From contig CAVPHA010000025.1 of assembly GCA_963704125.1 (NCBI GenBank), forward strand, positions 21,481 to 85,480: DNA of 64,000 nucleotides, in the 5' to 3' direction. Each line of letters begins with the position of its first letter. Position 1 is the stretch's first letter. The notes below the pieces were generated by a model, which was not told the DNA's origin, made no database searches, and saw only the letters and a list, made by a program, of their open reading frames with translations. The position numbers were made by a program, and so were the translations under genes. The stretch comes from an uncultured Acidobacteriota bacterium (lineage in GTDB: Bacteria; Acidobacteriota; Thermoanaerobaculia; Thermoanaerobaculales; Sulfomarinibacteraceae). Of the stretch, positions 11,165-22,142 are shown piece by piece.

Positions 11165-12217
11165 TCAACTCTGTTGTGGGTCGCCGGTCGGCGACCCGGT
11201 AGTTGATGTGTCTCGACCTCGACGGGCTGCCCGGTCTGAATCGACCGGCGACCCGGCGAGGGCCACCGCCAGCGTCGCCGCCCCGTCCCGGTCGGTGACC
11301 GGCGGCGGGGTGTCGTCGACGACACAATCGACAAATGCCTGCAGCATGGTCACGAAGGCGTCGCCCATGCGTTCGGGCGTCGTGTGGACCGCATCGTGGT
11401 GGGCGCCCCTGCGATCCAGCACTCGGATCGGGGTCCGGCGAAGACGGCCGATCTGGACCGCCCCCTCGTCGCCGATCACCTCACCGCGGAGATCGTGGCC
11501 GTAACGGGTGGTCCGACTGGCCGTGAGAGAGCCCATGGCGCCGCCGGCAAACCGTGCGGTGACCACCGCGTTGTCGACATCGCCCACCGTCGCGATGGAT
11601 TTGTCGATGAGGGCGCCGCCCTCGCCGTAGACCCGAACGATCTCGTCGCCCAACAACCAGCGACCGAGATAGATGTCGTGGTACATGGAGTCGAGGATGA
11701 GCCCGCCGCTGACCCCGAGATCGGCGAACGAGACCGGCGGTGGGTTCATATCGCCGCTGATCGACCGGTAGAGGACGGGTTGCCCGATCCCACCCGCCTC
11801 GATGACGCGTTTGGCTTCGATATAGCCCGCATCGAAACGTCGGGTGTGACCGAGCATGAGCTTGACGCCCGCGGCGCGAGCCGCCGCCCCCGCACGGTCA
11901 CACTCCTCGAGACTCAGACCGAGCGGTTTCTCGCACAGGATGTGCAGACCGGCCGCGGCGCAGTCTTCGACATTGGCCACGTGGGCCGAGGTGCTGCTCG
12001 CGATCACGACCGCGTCCAGGCTCTCGGCCTCGAGCAACGAATCGAGATCGTCATAGACGGACACGGCGCCGCAGCGCCGGCGGACCTCGGCGGCCCGCTC
12101 GGCACTGGACGTCGTCACGGCGACGAGGTGCGCACCCCGAATGCGGGAATGGAGATTCTCCGCATGGGTCAGACCCATCCGGCCCACTCCCACCACGGCC
12201 ATGCGCAGATCGTTCAC
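11165..12217 (-). CDS. Gfo/Idh/MocA inositol dehydrogenase-like oxidoreductase (C-terminus possibly frameshifted)
   Basis: VVGVGRMG, ILCEKP, GHTRRFD, SGGLILDSMYHDIY, GDVDNAVVT. Confidence 0.85.
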   Translation of the reverse strand: MNDLRMAVVGVGRMGLTHAENLHSRIRGAHLVAVTTSSAERAAEVRRRCGAVSVYDDLDSLLEAESLDAVVIASSTSAHVANVEDCAAAGLHILCEKPLGLSLEECDRAGAAARAAGVKLMLGHTRRFDAGYIEAKRVIEAGGIGQPVLYRSISGDMNPPPVSFADLGVSGGLILDSMYHDIYLGRWLLGDEIVRVYGEGGALIDKSIATVGDVDNAVVTARFAGGAMGSLTASRTTRYGHDLRGEVIGDEGAVQIGRLRRTPIRVLDRRGAHHDAVHTTPERMGDAFVTMLQAFVDCVVDDTPPPVTDRDGAATLAVALAGSPVDSDRAARRGRDTSTTGSPTGDPQQS

Positions 12218-12245
12218 CGTTCTTGCTCTCCAAATCTCGTCAAAC

Positions 12246-13404
12246 TCAGTTGGGTTTGACGAGGATCTTGCCGTCGGTCCGGTCGGTCGACTTGGCGATG
12301 GCCGCCACCGTGTCGTCGAGACCGTACCTGGCGGTGATGATCGGGCTCAGGTCGACGCGGCCCGACGGCGACCAGGCGGATGACGTTGGGGAAGGTCTCG
12401 TGACCCGAGTGGCCCTGGGCGCCGAAGGCCTGGGCGCGGCGGACCTGGAAGGCCTCGAGGTACATGGGCACCCGCTTGGCGGCGCGGCCGATCTGGATGA
12501 CCTTGCTGTTGATGGCGAGGGCCTTTTCCATCTCCGGGATCGTCAGGTGGGGAACACCGGCGGCCTCGACGTGGAAGTCGAACCCGGCGCCGCCGCTGAG
12601 CTCCATGAGCACCTCACTCGGAGCTGACCTCGCGCGGGTCGTAGACATAGTCCGCGCCGACCGCTTGGCGAGCTCCATCCGAGGCTTCGAGACCTCGAAG
12701 GCGACGATCTTGCCCGCGCCCCCCGCCTTGGCGAGGCCGATGGCCGCCAGGCCGATGGAACCCGCACCGAATACGGTGACGAAGTGACCCGGGCGGAAAC
12801 CGCCGCCGCGCTCGAACATCCCGTTGTAGGCAACGCAGGTCGGCTCGGTGAGAGCGGCGACCTCGTAGGCCTTTTCCTCGCTGCCGAACCTCTCGGCGAT
12901 GGCGTCGATCTTCCAGCAGAACTTCTCGTCCACCGCGATGTAGTTGGCGAAGGCGCCCGGGATGGTGAACCCGATCTCCTCGAGATTGGTGCAGTGGTTG
13001 GGATAGCCGTTGCGGCACGGAATGCAGCGGCCGCACCAGATCATCTCCTCCACGGTCACCATGTCGCCGGGGGTGAGCAGGGTGACATCCTTGCCGATCT
13101 CGACAACCTTGGCCGAGAACTCGTGGCCGAGGATGGTGGCGAACTTGGTCAGTCCCGGGTAGAGGATGTAGTTGTCATCATCGGTTTCGTAGAAGTGCAT
13201 GTCCGAACCGCAGACGCCGCACGCCTGGATCTCGAGCAGGACTTCCTGCGGACCCGGTTTCGGATCGGGCCAGGATCTGACCTCGAGAGTCGGGTTTCTC
13301 CAGATTTCGTTGCCGCTGATGGCCTTGCCGGTCTTCTTTTCCCAATCCGAAACCGTGTAGGTCGGTCTGGGGTCCCACTTCGCATCAAGAACGAGTCCTT
13401 TCAT
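12246..13404 (-). CDS. iolM: Zn-dependent scyllo-inosose 3-dehydrogenase; frameshifts near 12660-12620 and 12365
   Basis: MKGLVLDAKWDPRP start, ACGVCGSDMH, YILYPGLTKF, LGHEFS, WCGRCIPCRNGYPNHC, GAQGHSGH. Ends GKILVKPN-stop at 12246. Confidence 0.8.
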
Positions 13405-13466
13405 CACAAACCTCCGTTGATTTTCTTCGGTGCCGGAACGACGTCTCGACACCGTGTTTTTCGCTC

Positions 13467-14378
13467 CTAAACCGAGAGAGCCGCCCCCCGGTACTTCTTG
13501 TCCACGAAATCGACGATCTCCTGATAACTCCTGTGAATCGGCCCCGGGACCGAGACCTTCATGCTTGTCACCGCCGCCGACCACCGAAGCGCCTCCTCGG
13601 GTGGGTGCTCCAGACGGGCCGCGACATAGGAACCGACACAGGTGTCGCCCCGACCGCTCCGTCCGAGCATGGACTCGGCGTGAAAATCGGCCTCGAGCAT
13701 CTGCCCGTCCGCGAGAAGCACGATCCCGTCGCGGTGGGTGATGATGACCTCCCGCGGGCCCTGCGCCGCCAGAAGCTCGGCGGCCCGCTTGATGTCGGCT
13801 TCGCCGGTCATGGCCTCGGCTTCGACCACATCGGCCTTGAGAATGTCGATGAGACCCAGAACCTCTTCCTGTTCCGGCCAGGGCAGGTGTTCGAGTCGGC
13901 CGTCGGGGTGACGGACCCGGATGAACCCCTGGGCATCGGCGCTGATCATGGCGTCCTTCTCCCGCAGCGCGCGGATGGTTTCGATGGGCATCTCACCCCG
14001 AAATGAAGGACTGATGATGAACGCCGCGGCATCGACGGCCCGCACCTGGTCCGGCGTGAAGGAACCCGCGTGGTCCGCCACGGTCAGTGTTCGTTCGTCG
14101 GGGTTGTCGGTCGGGTACTCGAGGCGCATGAGGGTCGAGCTCGGCGTTGCGGTGGCGAAGACGGTGATCCCGGCATCCTCGAGGGCCCGAACCACGTGGA
14201 AGTCCTCGGCGGCCAGCCGCATGATCGCCGCGACCTTGCGGCCGAGAGCGAGCGCCGCGTTGGCCGAGTAGTTGACCCCACCACCGTCGGCGTAGCTGGT
14301 GCCCGCCGCGGTGACGATGGTGTCCTTGGTGAAGTTGCCGATGGTTGCGACGTCGAATCGAGCGTCTTTGATGGTCAT
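13467..14378 (-). CDS. PfkB-family kinase resembling Thermotoga myo-inositol kinase (TM0415/IolK)
   Basis: SADAQGFIRV, an atypical GRSGRGDTC anion-hole motif and AAVTSMKVSVPGP, all as I recall them in TM0415. Located in the iol operon. Confidence 0.75.
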   Translation of the reverse strand: MTIKDARFDVATIGNFTKDTIVTAAGTSYADGGGVNYSANAALALGRKVAAIMRLAAEDFHVVRALEDAGITVFATATPSSTLMRLEYPTDNPDERTLTVADHAGSFTPDQVRAVDAAAFIISPSFRGEMPIETIRALREKDAMISADAQGFIRVRHPDGRLEHLPWPEQEEVLGLIDILKADVVEAEAMTGEADIKRAAELLAAQGPREVIITHRDGIVLLADGQMLEADFHAESMLGRSGRGDTCVGSYVAARLEHPPEEALRWSAAVTSMKVSVPGPIHRSYQEIVDFVDKKYRGAALSV

Positions 14379-14391
14379 GTATGCCTCAATC

Positions 14392-15744
14392 TCAGTCTCT
14401 GACGTGAACCCGCCACAGCGAGGTGGCCAATACGAACGAGAGGACCGACGAACCGACCCAGAACCAGATCACCGTGGAGAAGTCGTAGTGGCGCACGCCC
14501 TCGATGATGGTGACCCCACGCTCGATCAGGTGACCGCTGATCTGGTCCTGGAGAGCCGCACCGATATACGAGAAAACTCCGATAAAGCCCATGGCCGCGC
14601 CGGCCGCCCGTTTGGGGGCGATGTCGAGGGCGAAAAGGCCCCCGAGCGAGGTCACGAGTCCGGTCAGACCGAAGCCGTAGATAAAGAACGCCACGGTCAT
14701 GAAGAGCGGTTTGCCGGGAGGTCCGAAGAAGACCATGAGCAAGCCCGACGATCTCCATGACGGCGAAGATCACATTGGTCGGTGGGCGACGGGCGTTGAA
14801 GATCTTGTCCGAGGCATAGCCGAAAGCCAACGCGCCGAGAATCCCGGAGATGGTGTTGACCGAGATGACGCTTCCGGCCTGCATCAGGGTGTAGCCCTTG
14901 GCCTCCTGGAGATAGAGTACGCCCCAGCTGTTGATGGCGTAGCGGGTTACGTAGATCGACGCGCTCGCCATCGCCAGCACCCAGATCGCCGGGATTTTGA
15001 GGATCGTCCGCTGGACGGCCCAGGTGCTCTCATCGACGACCTTCTTGGCGGCTGTCCTCGCCGCTGTGGTCGTTCCTCCAGTCGGCGATGGGCGGGAGCC
15101 CCATGGTCTGCGGCCGGTCCTGCATGTAGATGTAGAGGACACCCGCAACCACGATGCAGAGCACACCCGGTCCCCAGAACCCGGCGCGCCAGCCCCACAG
15201 GGTGACGAGACCGGCGACTCCGACAAAGGTGAGCCCCTCGCCGATGGCGTGGGCCGTGCTCCAGATCCCGTACATCCGCCCCCGCTCGTTGTTGGAGAAC
15301 CAGTTGGCCAGGGTCACGGCGCCGGTTGGCGCGCCGAACCCCTGGAACCAGCCGTTGAGACCCCAGAGGACGACTGAGAGCACGAGAATCGTGGAGAACC
15401 CCATCCCGATATTGAGGAGCGCCGAGATCACGACCCCAAAGGCGAAGAAGATCTTGAGGTTCATGTGGTCGGCGAGGAAATCCGTTGGTGAGCTTGCCGA
15501 AGGCGTAGGTGTAGAACAGCGCCGAACCGATGATTCCGAGCTCGACCGGGGTGAAGATCCCGCCGTCGATGAGCGGCTTCTTGACCATGGACAGCGCCAA
15601 ACGGCAGGTGTAGACCACCCCGTAGCCGATGGTGATCGCCAACATGATCCGCATTCGATGGCGTTTGTAGAGCGCGTCGATCTGCGCCTTGTCGGTCAGC
15701 GGCGACCGGTTCTCACCGGTCCGGAAAATACTGGCGAAGCTCAC
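14392..15744 (-). CDS. MFS organophosphate:Pi antiporter (GlpT/UhpC/PgtP family); several frameshifts
   Basis: GYGVVYTCRL, WGLNGWFQGFG, NWFSNNERGRMYGIWSTAH, YVTRYAINSWGVLYLQEAKG, ALDIAPKRAAGAAMGFIGVFSY across four ORF pieces. Confidence 0.85.
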
Positions 15745-16739
15745 GGCGTCTCCACCCGGACCGGTCGGTTCTCGGCCAGCGAGCGCCCCGCTGCGAGACC
15801 GATCAGCACCGACATGAGTCCGTCATGACCGCCGACGGGTGTCGGCGCATCGTCGCGAATGCACGAAAAGAAGGCCTCGAGCTCGGCGACAAACGACGCC
15901 TGGTAGCGTTCGAGGAAGAAGTAGAGGGGTTTATCGGAGCGAACACCGGCGCCGGTGCTCACCGTCACCCGGTTGGGGGTTTCGTTTGCCGCCTCGGCGC
16001 TGCCGCCCGTGCCGAAGACCTCGACCCGCTGGTCATAGCCGTAGATCGCCTGGCGGCTGTTCTCGATCACCGCGATCGCGCCGTTGGCCATCTTGAGGGT
16101 GGTGACCGCAGTGTCGACATCGCCCGCCTCGCCGATGGCCGGGTCGATGAGCACCGCGCCACAGGCGAAGACCTCCTCGACCTCGCTGCCGGTGAGGAAG
16201 CGGACCATGTCGAAGTCGTGGATGGTCATGTCGAGGAAGATGCCGCCCGAGGTCTTGACATAGGCCACCGGAGGCGCCTCCGGATCCCGCGAGGTGATCT
16301 TGACGAGGTGGATCTCACCGATCTCGCCGTCGGTCACTGCCTGCCGCACTCGAGCGAACGTGGGGTCAAAGCGTCGATTGAAGCCGACCTGAAGCTTGAC
16401 CCCGCTGTCGGTGACGACCCCGAGGGTGCGGCGGATGCGCTCGGGATCGAGATCGATGGGTTTCTCGCAGAAGACGTGCTTGCCCGCCCGCGCCGCCCGT
16501 TCGGTGAGATCGGCATGGGTCGGGGTCGGCGAGCACACGAGCACCGCCTCGATCTCGTCGTCCTCGAGAATCAGCTCCGGGTCCTTCCCGGTGGCGACGG
16601 TCGACGGCGGCCACGACGTGAAGTCGACATAGGGATCGGTGACCGCCTTGAGCTTGATTCCCGGCATCCGCAGGAGATTGTTCCCGTGGACCTGGCCGAT
16701 TCTCCCGGCGCCGAGGATTCCCACCGTGATCTGTTTCAT
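15741..16739 (-). CDS. iolG: myo-inositol 2-dehydrogenase
   Basis: GILGAGRIG, VFCEKPI, QVGFNRRFD, ITSRDP, SGGIFLDMTIHDFD, YGYDQRVEVFG, FFLERY. Confidence 0.9.
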   Translation of the reverse strand: MKQITVGILGAGRIGQVHGNNLLRMPGIKLKAVTDPYVDFTSWPPSTVATGKDPELILEDDEIEAVLVCSPTPTHADLTERAARAGKHVFCEKPIDLDPERIRRTLGVVTDSGVKLQVGFNRRFDPTFARVRQAVTDGEIGEIHLVKITSRDPEAPPVAYVKTSGGIFLDMTIHDFDMVRFLTGSEVEEVFACGAVLIDPAIGEAGDVDTAVTTLKMANGAIAVIENSRQAIYGYDQRVEVFGTGGSAEAANETPNRVTVSTGAGVRSDKPLYFFLERYQASFVAELEAFFSCIRDDAPTPVGGHDGLMSVLIGLAAGRSLAENRPVRVETP

Positions 16740-16790
16740 GGGGCTGGTCCTTCTGTATCAATAACTGTTCTCGATGTTGATCGGGACGGG

Positions 16791-16839
16791 CCGGAGGCTG
16801 GATCCCTCCAAAGGGGGAAGGAGGGAATCCAGACTCCGG
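16791..16839 (-). terminator. Long GC-rich hairpin between the TBDR and iolG (terminator or mRNA-stabilising stem)
   Basis: CCGGAGGCTGGATCCCTCC...GGAGGGAATCCAGACTCCGG imperfect inverted repeat; no clear U-tract. Confidence 0.45.
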
Positions 16840-16873
16840 ACTTGCCCGCCGGTAATAAAACTCTACGTTAGGT

Positions 16874-19573
16874 CTAGAGATCGAACCTCACACCCAGGGT
16901 CGCCCACCAGTCGTAGTACTCCTGCTGGCGGATCCGGTCCGGGGTGTTTTCGTATGCCGTGTAGGGCTCGTTGGTGATGTTGATGAACTCGAGAACGAAG
17001 CTCCACTTCTTGGTCGCCTGGACCCGGAAGAGGAAATCGAGCTGGCCGTGGTCATCGACCCAGATGTCCTCCTCGATATCGCCGCCGACCTCGATGAGCT
17101 TCTTGCCGTTGTAGTTATAGGCAAGCCGGGCCGTGATGCCGTACTTCTCGTAGACCAGGGCCGCGTTGCCGACGTGCTCGGACTGCCCGGGGAGCGCGGT
17201 GGCGTCGCGGTCGGGGTAGTTCGCTTCGGAGTCGACATAGGTGTAGTTGAGGTAGAGGCCGAGGCCTCCCCAACCACCCTTCAGGTTGGTGAACTGGTTT
17301 TGGAAGGCCAACTCGAGACCGGCGATCGTGGCCTTGTCGCCGTTTCGGGGTTGGGTGACCTCGACATCTTCGCCGTCGATGACCTCATCGGCCTGGAAGA
17401 TGTAGATGTAGTCGGTCAGATCCTTGTAGAAGACACCGGCCGAGATGATTCCAATGGGCTCCAGGTATTTCTCCCACATGAGATCGACGTTCCAGGCGGT
17501 GGTGACGTTGAGATCGGGGTTGCCGAGCTCGGCCTCGCGGTCTTCGAGGTTGACGAAGCGCCACGGCGCCATGTCCTCGAAGTTGGGCCGCGCCAGGGTG
17601 CGGGTGAGCGCCGCGCGCAATTGAGAGTCATTGCCGGTCTTGTAGACGAGGTGGAACTGGGGCAGCCACTCGGTGTAGCTCTTGTCGTCGGTGACCGGGG
17701 ACAGATCGATGGGGTCGCCCTCCTCATCGAGCACGAGCTGATAGGCCACATAGTCGTCCTTGGTGCTCTCGACACGGACGCCGCCCATGAAGGTGACGTT
17801 GGCGCCGAACATGAACTCGCCCAGGGCGTACCCGGCAAGAGTGTCCTCGTTGACCTCGAAGTCGGCCAGGTCTTCTTCGAGATTTCGCTCGGATTCCAGT
17901 AGGCCGCTCTGCGCGAGCTGCCGCATGAGACCGGGATCCTGGAAGGGGACGATCTGGTTGCCGTAGATCCCACCGAAGAACGGGGTTTCCGGCGCCCAGT
18001 TGCTCAGATAGTCGACCAGATTCAGATCCTCGTCCGACTCGAGATCATACACGTCGTAGTTCTGCGTCCGGCTCTTGGTCCGGTATTTCGCGCCGACCTT
18101 CCACAGCCCGGAGAAACCGGCGTTCTTGTAGAAACCCTTGGTCAGGTTGACGGCGCCGACCCAGTCCTCCTCCTCCGATTTCTTGGAGAGATCTTCAATG
18201 CCGTCGAACCAGTAGTCATCGACCTGCTCGTTGAGCGGATTGGCCTGGATGTTGTCCGGGTCGATGAAGTCGGGGCTGACGTTCGGGTCGAAAACCACGT
18301 CCTCCATGACGAACGCGGAGGTGTACTGATTCGGCGTCTCCTCGGACGACTTGTTGTACATGAGGAGGTAGTCCAGAACAAAGGACTCGCCGATGTTGTT
18401 CTCTCCACCGAAGGAGATCGAATTGATATAGGACGTCTGCGTCCTGTCCTTGAGGCCCCGCTCGAGTTCGTCGTCCGAGACCACGTTGTTCTTTGCGCGC
18501 CGGATCTCGGTGTCGATGTACTCGGTCCACAGACCCCGCAGGAAGTAGTTGGATCGCTGGGAAGCCCGGTAATCGAGATCGAAGGTCACGCCGTACCGTT
18601 CTCGTTCGGTGGTGTAATCACGCATCTCGAGTTCGTCGAGATCGCCGTCGTCGTAGGCCGGCTCGATGTCGTCGGCGCCCCGCTTGGTGTCGCTGCCGCT
18701 CGCCGACACCAACAGTCCCCAGTCTTTCGACTCGCCGAACCGGGTGCCGAAGGTCACGGCCCCGTTCGGGGCGGTCTCTTCCATGAGCGCGCTGTAACCC
18801 AAACCCAGCGCGGCCGAGAGCCGGAGCTGATCGGGCGCCCGCTGGGTCACCAGATTGACGGTACCGCCGATGGAGTCGCCGTCCATGTCCGGCCGCAGGG
18901 CCTTGGAAACCTGAATCGAACCCAGGAGATCGGCCGGGATGGTATCGAGGGCAACGTTGCGAACCCCCGCCTCCGGTGACGGCAGTCGCTCGCCGTTGAT
19001 CGTCGTCGAGTTGAGTCGCGCCTCGGTGCCGCGGATGATGATGTAGCGGCCCTCACCCATGTCGCGGTTCATGCTGACGCCGGGAACCCGTTGGGTTGCT
19101 TCGGCCGCGTTCTTGTCCGGAAAACGGCCGATCTGGTCGGCCGCGACGATGTTGGTGATGTTGACGAGGTTTTTCTGGGTGTTGAGCGCCTGGGCCTGGC
19201 CTTCAAGGAGTGGCGATCCCCGAACCTCGATCTCGCCGCCGTAGGCGAGCGTCATGTCCTGGGTCACCGGCTCACCGCTCACCACCGTGATATCAGCGGT
19301 CGCGCTCAACATCGCGAGATAGCTGAAGGTCAGCGTCTGCGCGCCGACCGGGACCGGCGCGATCCGGTATCTCCCGTCCAGGCCGGTCTGAACGGTGAGG
19401 TTGGTTCCGTCGACACTGACGCTGACTTCGGAAATCACATTGCCCGAAGGTCCGGTCACCGTTCCCTGGATGACACCGGTGCCATCCTGGGCGGAAACAA
19501 TGCCTGGCGCCACCGCCACCGAGATAAACAGAGCCAAAAGAGCCAAATACCTGAGTGTCTTCATGGACGCCAT
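16874..19573 (-). CDS. TonB-dependent receptor with N-terminal carboxypeptidase-regulatory-like domain
   Basis: Signal peptide, plug motifs IGRFPDKNAAEATQRVPGV and GEGRYIIIRG, DMDGDSIGGTVNL, GNPDL. C-terminal LGVRFDL. Intact 899-aa ORF. Confidence 0.95.
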   Translation of the reverse strand: MASMKTLRYLALLALFISVAVAPGIVSAQDGTGVIQGTVTGPSGNVISEVSVSVDGTNLTVQTGLDGRYRIAPVPVGAQTLTFSYLAMLSATADITVVSGEPVTQDMTLAYGGEIEVRGSPLLEGQAQALNTQKNLVNITNIVAADQIGRFPDKNAAEATQRVPGVSMNRDMGEGRYIIIRGTEARLNSTTINGERLPSPEAGVRNVALDTIPADLLGSIQVSKALRPDMDGDSIGGTVNLVTQRAPDQLRLSAALGLGYSALMEETAPNGAVTFGTRFGESKDWGLLVSASGSDTKRGADDIEPAYDDGDLDELEMRDYTTERERYGVTFDLDYRASQRSNYFLRGLWTEYIDTEIRRAKNNVVSDDELERGLKDRTQTSYINSISFGGENNIGESFVLDYLLMYNKSSEETPNQYTSAFVMEDVVFDPNVSPDFIDPDNIQANPLNEQVDDYWFDGIEDLSKKSEEEDWVGAVNLTKGFYKNAGFSGLWKVGAKYRTKSRTQNYDVYDLESDEDLNLVDYLSNWAPETPFFGGIYGNQIVPFQDPGLMRQLAQSGLLESERNLEEDLADFEVNEDTLAGYALGEFMFGANVTFMGGVRVESTKDDYVAYQLVLDEEGDPIDLSPVTDDKSYTEWLPQFHLVYKTGNDSQLRAALTRTLARPNFEDMAPWRFVNLEDREAELGNPDLNVTTAWNVDLMWEKYLEPIGIISAGVFYKDLTDYIYIFQADEVIDGEDVEVTQPRNGDKATIAGLELAFQNQFTNLKGGWGGLGLYLNYTYVDSEANYPDRDATALPGQSEHVGNAALVYEKYGITARLAYNYNGKKLIEVGGDIEEDIWVDDHGQLDFLFRVQATKKWSFVLEFINITNEPYTAYENTPDRIRQQEYYDWWATLGVRFDL

Positions 19574-19786
19574 TGCTTCCCCCTCATCTGGATTCGGTCA
19601 GAAATGGTAAATCGAATAAACCCCGCCAACGGGCCTCCCCCCCGGGTGCGGAAAAATTCAGAATCGCTGTCAAAGATCGGGCAAACCCGAAGTACTCACT
19701 AATGTTGTTCCACGCTCGGCGTGAACTTCGGGTGAACACGGCAGATTTTCGCGTTTGCGGTTGCGGTTGCATCGGTCTCCAAATTT

Positions 19787-19845
19787 TGGAACGTTCCAGG
19801 TTGCAATTCCGCGTTCCAAGCGCTATATTCTGGAACGTTCCAGAA
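19787..19845. promoter_or_regulatory. Two LacI-type operators flanking a sigma70-like promoter
   Basis: TGGAACGTTCCA at 19787-19798 and perfect 18-bp palindrome TTCTGGAACGTTCCAGAA at 19828-19845 (central CG, 44 bp apart). TTGCAA(19801)-17 bp-TATATT(19824) lies on the + strand between them, with the -10 overlapping the second operator. Confidence 0.75.
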
Positions 19846-19915
19846 GGAACATATAACCCGGATCGGCGGAAGTCAAGTGGCACCACGAGGAAACATCAGC
19901 GCCGGATCGCAGTCG

Positions 19916-20923
19916 ATGCCGACAATCCTCGATGTCGCCCGGAGAGCCGGTGTATCAAAATCACTGGTCTCCATGGTGACCCGCGGAGAGGCTGGGGTCA
20001 GCGACGAAAAACGCCGGGCGATCCTCGAGGCCATCGACGAACTCGACTACCGGCCCAACGCCATGGCGCAGGGACTCGTCATGCGCCAGACCCGGATCCT
20101 CGGAGTCATGGTTTCGGATCTCCAGAACCCGTTCTTTGCCGCGGTGATCTCCGGGATCCAGGAACGCGCGAAGGACCGCGGTTTCCGGATTCTCATCACC
20201 ACCGGCGACCGCACGCCGAGCATCGAGGAAAGCGCCATCGAGAATCTGCTCGAACTCAGGGTCGGTGGTCTGATTCTCGCCTCGCCCCGGGTCGATGACG
20301 AGGTCATCGCCCGGGCAGGACGAGCCGTTCCCGTGGTCGTTCTCAACCGCGACACCAACGACGACAACAGCGACAGCGTGACCAACGACAACATCGCCGG
20401 CGCCCATCTCGCCGTCGAGCATCTCGTCAGCTTTGGTCATCGCCGCATCGGCTTCATCGAGGGCGGCTCCGGAGCCGGCGCCCGAATCCGCCATCAGGGC
20501 TATCTCAGCGCGATGCACGACTTCGGCCTCGAAGACGAAATCCTGACCGTCGAAGGCCAACATACCGAGGAGGGCGGGTACCGCGGGGCCATGGAACTCC
20601 TCAAACTGAGGGTCCTCCCGACCGCGGTCTTCGCCTCCAACGACCTTTGCGCCATCGGCGCCATGAACGCCTTTGAAGAAGCCGGGCTGAGCATCCCCGA
20701 CGATCTTTCGCTGATCGGATACGACAACAACCGCATGGCGGCGCTGCGGCACATCTCCCTGACCACCATCGACCAGCCCGGAGACGACATGGGTCGCTCG
20801 GCGGTCGAGCGCCTGGCGGAACGGATCGACGGGGACCGGGCTGAACCGAGCCACGACGTGGTGACGCCCAGTCTCGTCGTGCGATCAACGACAGGTCCTC
20901 CACGTTTTGAACCTAAGTCATGA
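19916..20923 (+). CDS. LacI-family transcriptional regulator
   Basis: PTILDVARRAGVSKSLVS HTH, YRPNAMAQGL hinge, PTAVFASNDLCAIG, LTTIDQP. Confidence 0.95.
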   Translation: MPTILDVARRAGVSKSLVSMVTRGEAGVSDEKRRAILEAIDELDYRPNAMAQGLVMRQTRILGVMVSDLQNPFFAAVISGIQERAKDRGFRILITTGDRTPSIEESAIENLLELRVGGLILASPRVDDEVIARAGRAVPVVVLNRDTNDDNSDSVTNDNIAGAHLAVEHLVSFGHRRIGFIEGGSGAGARIRHQGYLSAMHDFGLEDEILTVEGQHTEEGGYRGAMELLKLRVLPTAVFASNDLCAIGAMNAFEEAGLSIPDDLSLIGYDNNRMAALRHISLTTIDQPGDDMGRSAVERLAERIDGDRAEPSHDVVTPSLVVRSTTGPPRFEPKS

Positions 20924-20988
20924 ATATTTGATTTACACCAATTGATAGCATCAGGCATCTCTTCGTGCAGTGAGAATGAAAAGGAGAC

Positions 20989-22142
20989 ATGATGAAAACG
21001 AGCACCGCATCGCCGACCCTCAACCCAATCCTGCTCTCAACCGCGATCCTTTCGATCGCGTGCCTGATCGCGTGCTCGGGATCGGACGCCCCGCCGGCAG
21101 CACCGACGGACACCCCCGAGGCCTCCGCGGTCGCCGCCGGCGCCATCGCCCCCATCCTCATCACCGAACCCACCGCCGTTGACACCGACGATCCCGCCAT
21201 TTGGATCAATCCGGACGACCCCGCCGGGAGCCTCATCCTCGGCACCGACAAGGGCGGCTCGATCTATGTCTTCGACCTCGACGGCAAGATCATCCCGGAG
21301 AAAACGGTCGCCGGCATGGGTCGGATGAACAACATTGACGTGGCCTACGGATTCTCCCTCGACGGGGAGACCATCGATATCGCCGCTCGCCACCGACCGC
21401 AATGAGGAACTCATCCGGGTCTTCAGGCTCCCGGAGATGACGCCGATCGACAACGGCGGTATCCCGGCCTTTGTGGGTGAAACGGATGACCGCCGACCAA
21501 TGGGTCTCGCGATGTACACGCGGCCTTCAGACGGCGCCATCTTCGCCATCGTCAGCCGCAAGTTCGGGCCCTCGGGCGCCTATCTCTGGCAGTACCTTCT
21601 CGAAGACGCCGGCGACGGAACCATCAAAGCCACCAAGGTTCGGGCGTTCGGCGACTTCATCGGCGGCAAGGAGATCGAAGCCCTCGCGGTCGACAACGAG
21701 CTCGGCTATGTCTACTACTCGGATGAGATGGCGGGGGTTCACAAGTACCACGCGGACCCCGACGCCCCCGGCGCCAACGAGGAACTCGCCTTCTTCGGCA
21801 CCGACGGGTTCGCTCAGGATCACGAGGGCATCTCGATCTACAAGATCGACGACGGGACCGGCTACATCCTGGTCTCGGACCAGCAGGCCAACGCCTTCCG
21901 CATCTTCAAACGCGAGGGTGAGCCCGGCGATCCCGCACAACCACCAACTCGTCAAGGTCGTTCAGGTTTCGACCAACGAGAGCGACGGTTCGGATGTCAC
22001 GAGCACCGTTCTCGATCCCCGCTTTCCATCGGGTCTCTTTGTCGCCATGTCCGACAACCGGACCTTCCACTTTTACTCGTGGGACGACATCGCCGGCGAC
22101 GATCTCACCAAGGCGCCCGACGGGGCACAGCCGACTCCGTGA
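20989..22142 (+). CDS. Beta-propeller phytase (3-phytase), predicted lipoprotein; frameshifts near 21388 and 21937
   Basis: Lipobox LIAC. Beta-propeller phytase signatures DTDDPAIW and NNIDV, then EIEALAVD, DHEGISIY, ESDGSDVT, FPSGLFVAM. Confidence 0.9.
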
